Notes under the pieces: model-generated
Database searches by the model: none
Seen by the model: the letters and a program-made list of their open reading frames with translations, nothing else
What the model was told of the DNA's origin: nothing
Source: Ramazzottius varieornatus
Lineage: Eukaryota; Animalia; Tardigrada
DNA: 64,000 nt
NCBI GenBank assembly: GCA_001949185.1
Contig: BDGG01000003.1
Span: 500,679-564,678 of the forward strand
Direction: 5' to 3'
Made by a program: the position numbers and the translations under genes
Shown: positions 63,064-64,000 of the stretch, one piece after another
How the letters are laid out: the number at the start of each line of letters is the position of its first letter
Position numbering within the stretch: the first letter of the stretch is position 1

Positions 63064-64000
63064 TTACAAGCCTTTATTATAAAACAGGGCAGTATCATTA
63101 GTTGCTGCTTGCAGCTTTTTCTCCAGCTTGTGGCGAGGGATGGTGGATTCCTGCGGGAACAATCCGATGGCTAATGGCAGAGCCAGACCAAAAGACAGAG
63201 CACCCAGGGTGGCATTTACAGGCAGATAGGCTTTGGGGAAGCGAGTGAAAAGCGCTGTCTTCTCCAGCGCGGTCATGATTAATGGCGGGATTGTCAGGAT
63301 GGGAGCCGGGAGAACGATGCGTGTCAGGGCTGTTTCTTTAATGGCATCGAAGGCTGCAATCTTCGAGGTACCAATTACCTAGAAAAGAAATTCTAAATCC
63401 GTGCAGTGTTCCCAGTTTCGAAAGGAAAGAGAAAAACACGTTGCTTGACTTTTGCCGCTCCGAAGAAAGAAAGATTAGAAGGATGCCATTTTCTTCCACC
63501 ATTTGAGACCTAGTCAGACAAACGCGGCAATATCGTAGCCTAGATCCGTAGCGCACGCTTTTGGCCATAACAGTAAAACCGTGCGCCACTTGCCAACACC
63601 GTCTGGTGGAGTTTGAGTTTCCTTTGAAAATTCCAGATGCGAAAGTTTCTCAGAGCCGTAGCTCACCTTTTTATTTTTGTCGTACACTTCAATTCCAGTA
63701 TTCAGCTCTTGTCGACGCATCAGGAAGACGTTACAGACGTTAGCTACTGCGACGGCGGGGAAGGGAACGAACTTCTGAATGAGGAGACGACGAGCAGGAG
63801 TAAGGCTCTTCGCCCGAGTTATCAGCTGGTTGAGTCCGACAGCAATGCCTACTGCGCTCGTTACAGCTCCTGAAACGAAGAAAACACAAGCATATCACTG
63901 GATATTCTTTATAAAAGATTCATTTCTGTTTTAGGAAGCCGATGCCGCTGGAAAACGTCGGAGACCTAAACCGGAAACTCAACGGCGAATATTCATGTGT
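63064..64000 (-). CDS. SFXN5: Sideroflexin-5-like, 3' part, multi-exon
   Basis: FVPFPAVAVANVCNVFLMR, ETALTRIVLPAPIL, FGLALPLAIGLFPQ, C-terminal YNKGL. Confidence 0.9.
63548..63606. repeat. Palindromic module (SFXN5 intron)
   Basis: GTAGCGCA, spacer 63556-63581 (26 nt), TGCGCCACTTG. Confidence 0.8.

Overview
Eukaryotic (animal) genomic DNA from a compact, gene-dense genome with mostly short (about 55-80 nt) GT-AG introns. The gene content (chitin-binding CBM14 proteins, Wnt16, Tiki, a microbial-type amidohydrolase) points to an ecdysozoan; a tardigrade-like genome is plausible, but that is inference. About 20 genes are recognisable: a SUN-domain protein, AK8-like, CPTP/GLTP, two tail-to-tail SLC25A1 paralogs, MTG2, Wnt16, a Gly-rich CBM14 protein, an SLC12 cotransporter, an inverted pair of CBM14 genes, Tiki/TRABD2, two FGL-amide peptide precursors, a basigin-like Ig protein, an amidohydrolase, a low-complexity ORF, fibrillarin, a MARVEL protein and SFXN5. 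There are also mariner relics, MITEs and a recently duplicated ~790 bp element. Most striking unexplained signals: (1) a dispersed, almost entirely intronic palindromic module CAAGTGGCGCA-N27-TGCGCCACTTG (14 units at 11 loci) with conserved arms, near-fixed spacer length and variable spacer sequence; (2) a tandem pair of secreted precursors each ending in a single RFGFGLG-stop; (3) an intron-bearing, signal-peptide-bearing fungal-type decarboxylase (HGT candidate); (4) exon-restricted homogenisation of the inverted CBM14 pair. Exon boundaries were called by eye and are approximate.
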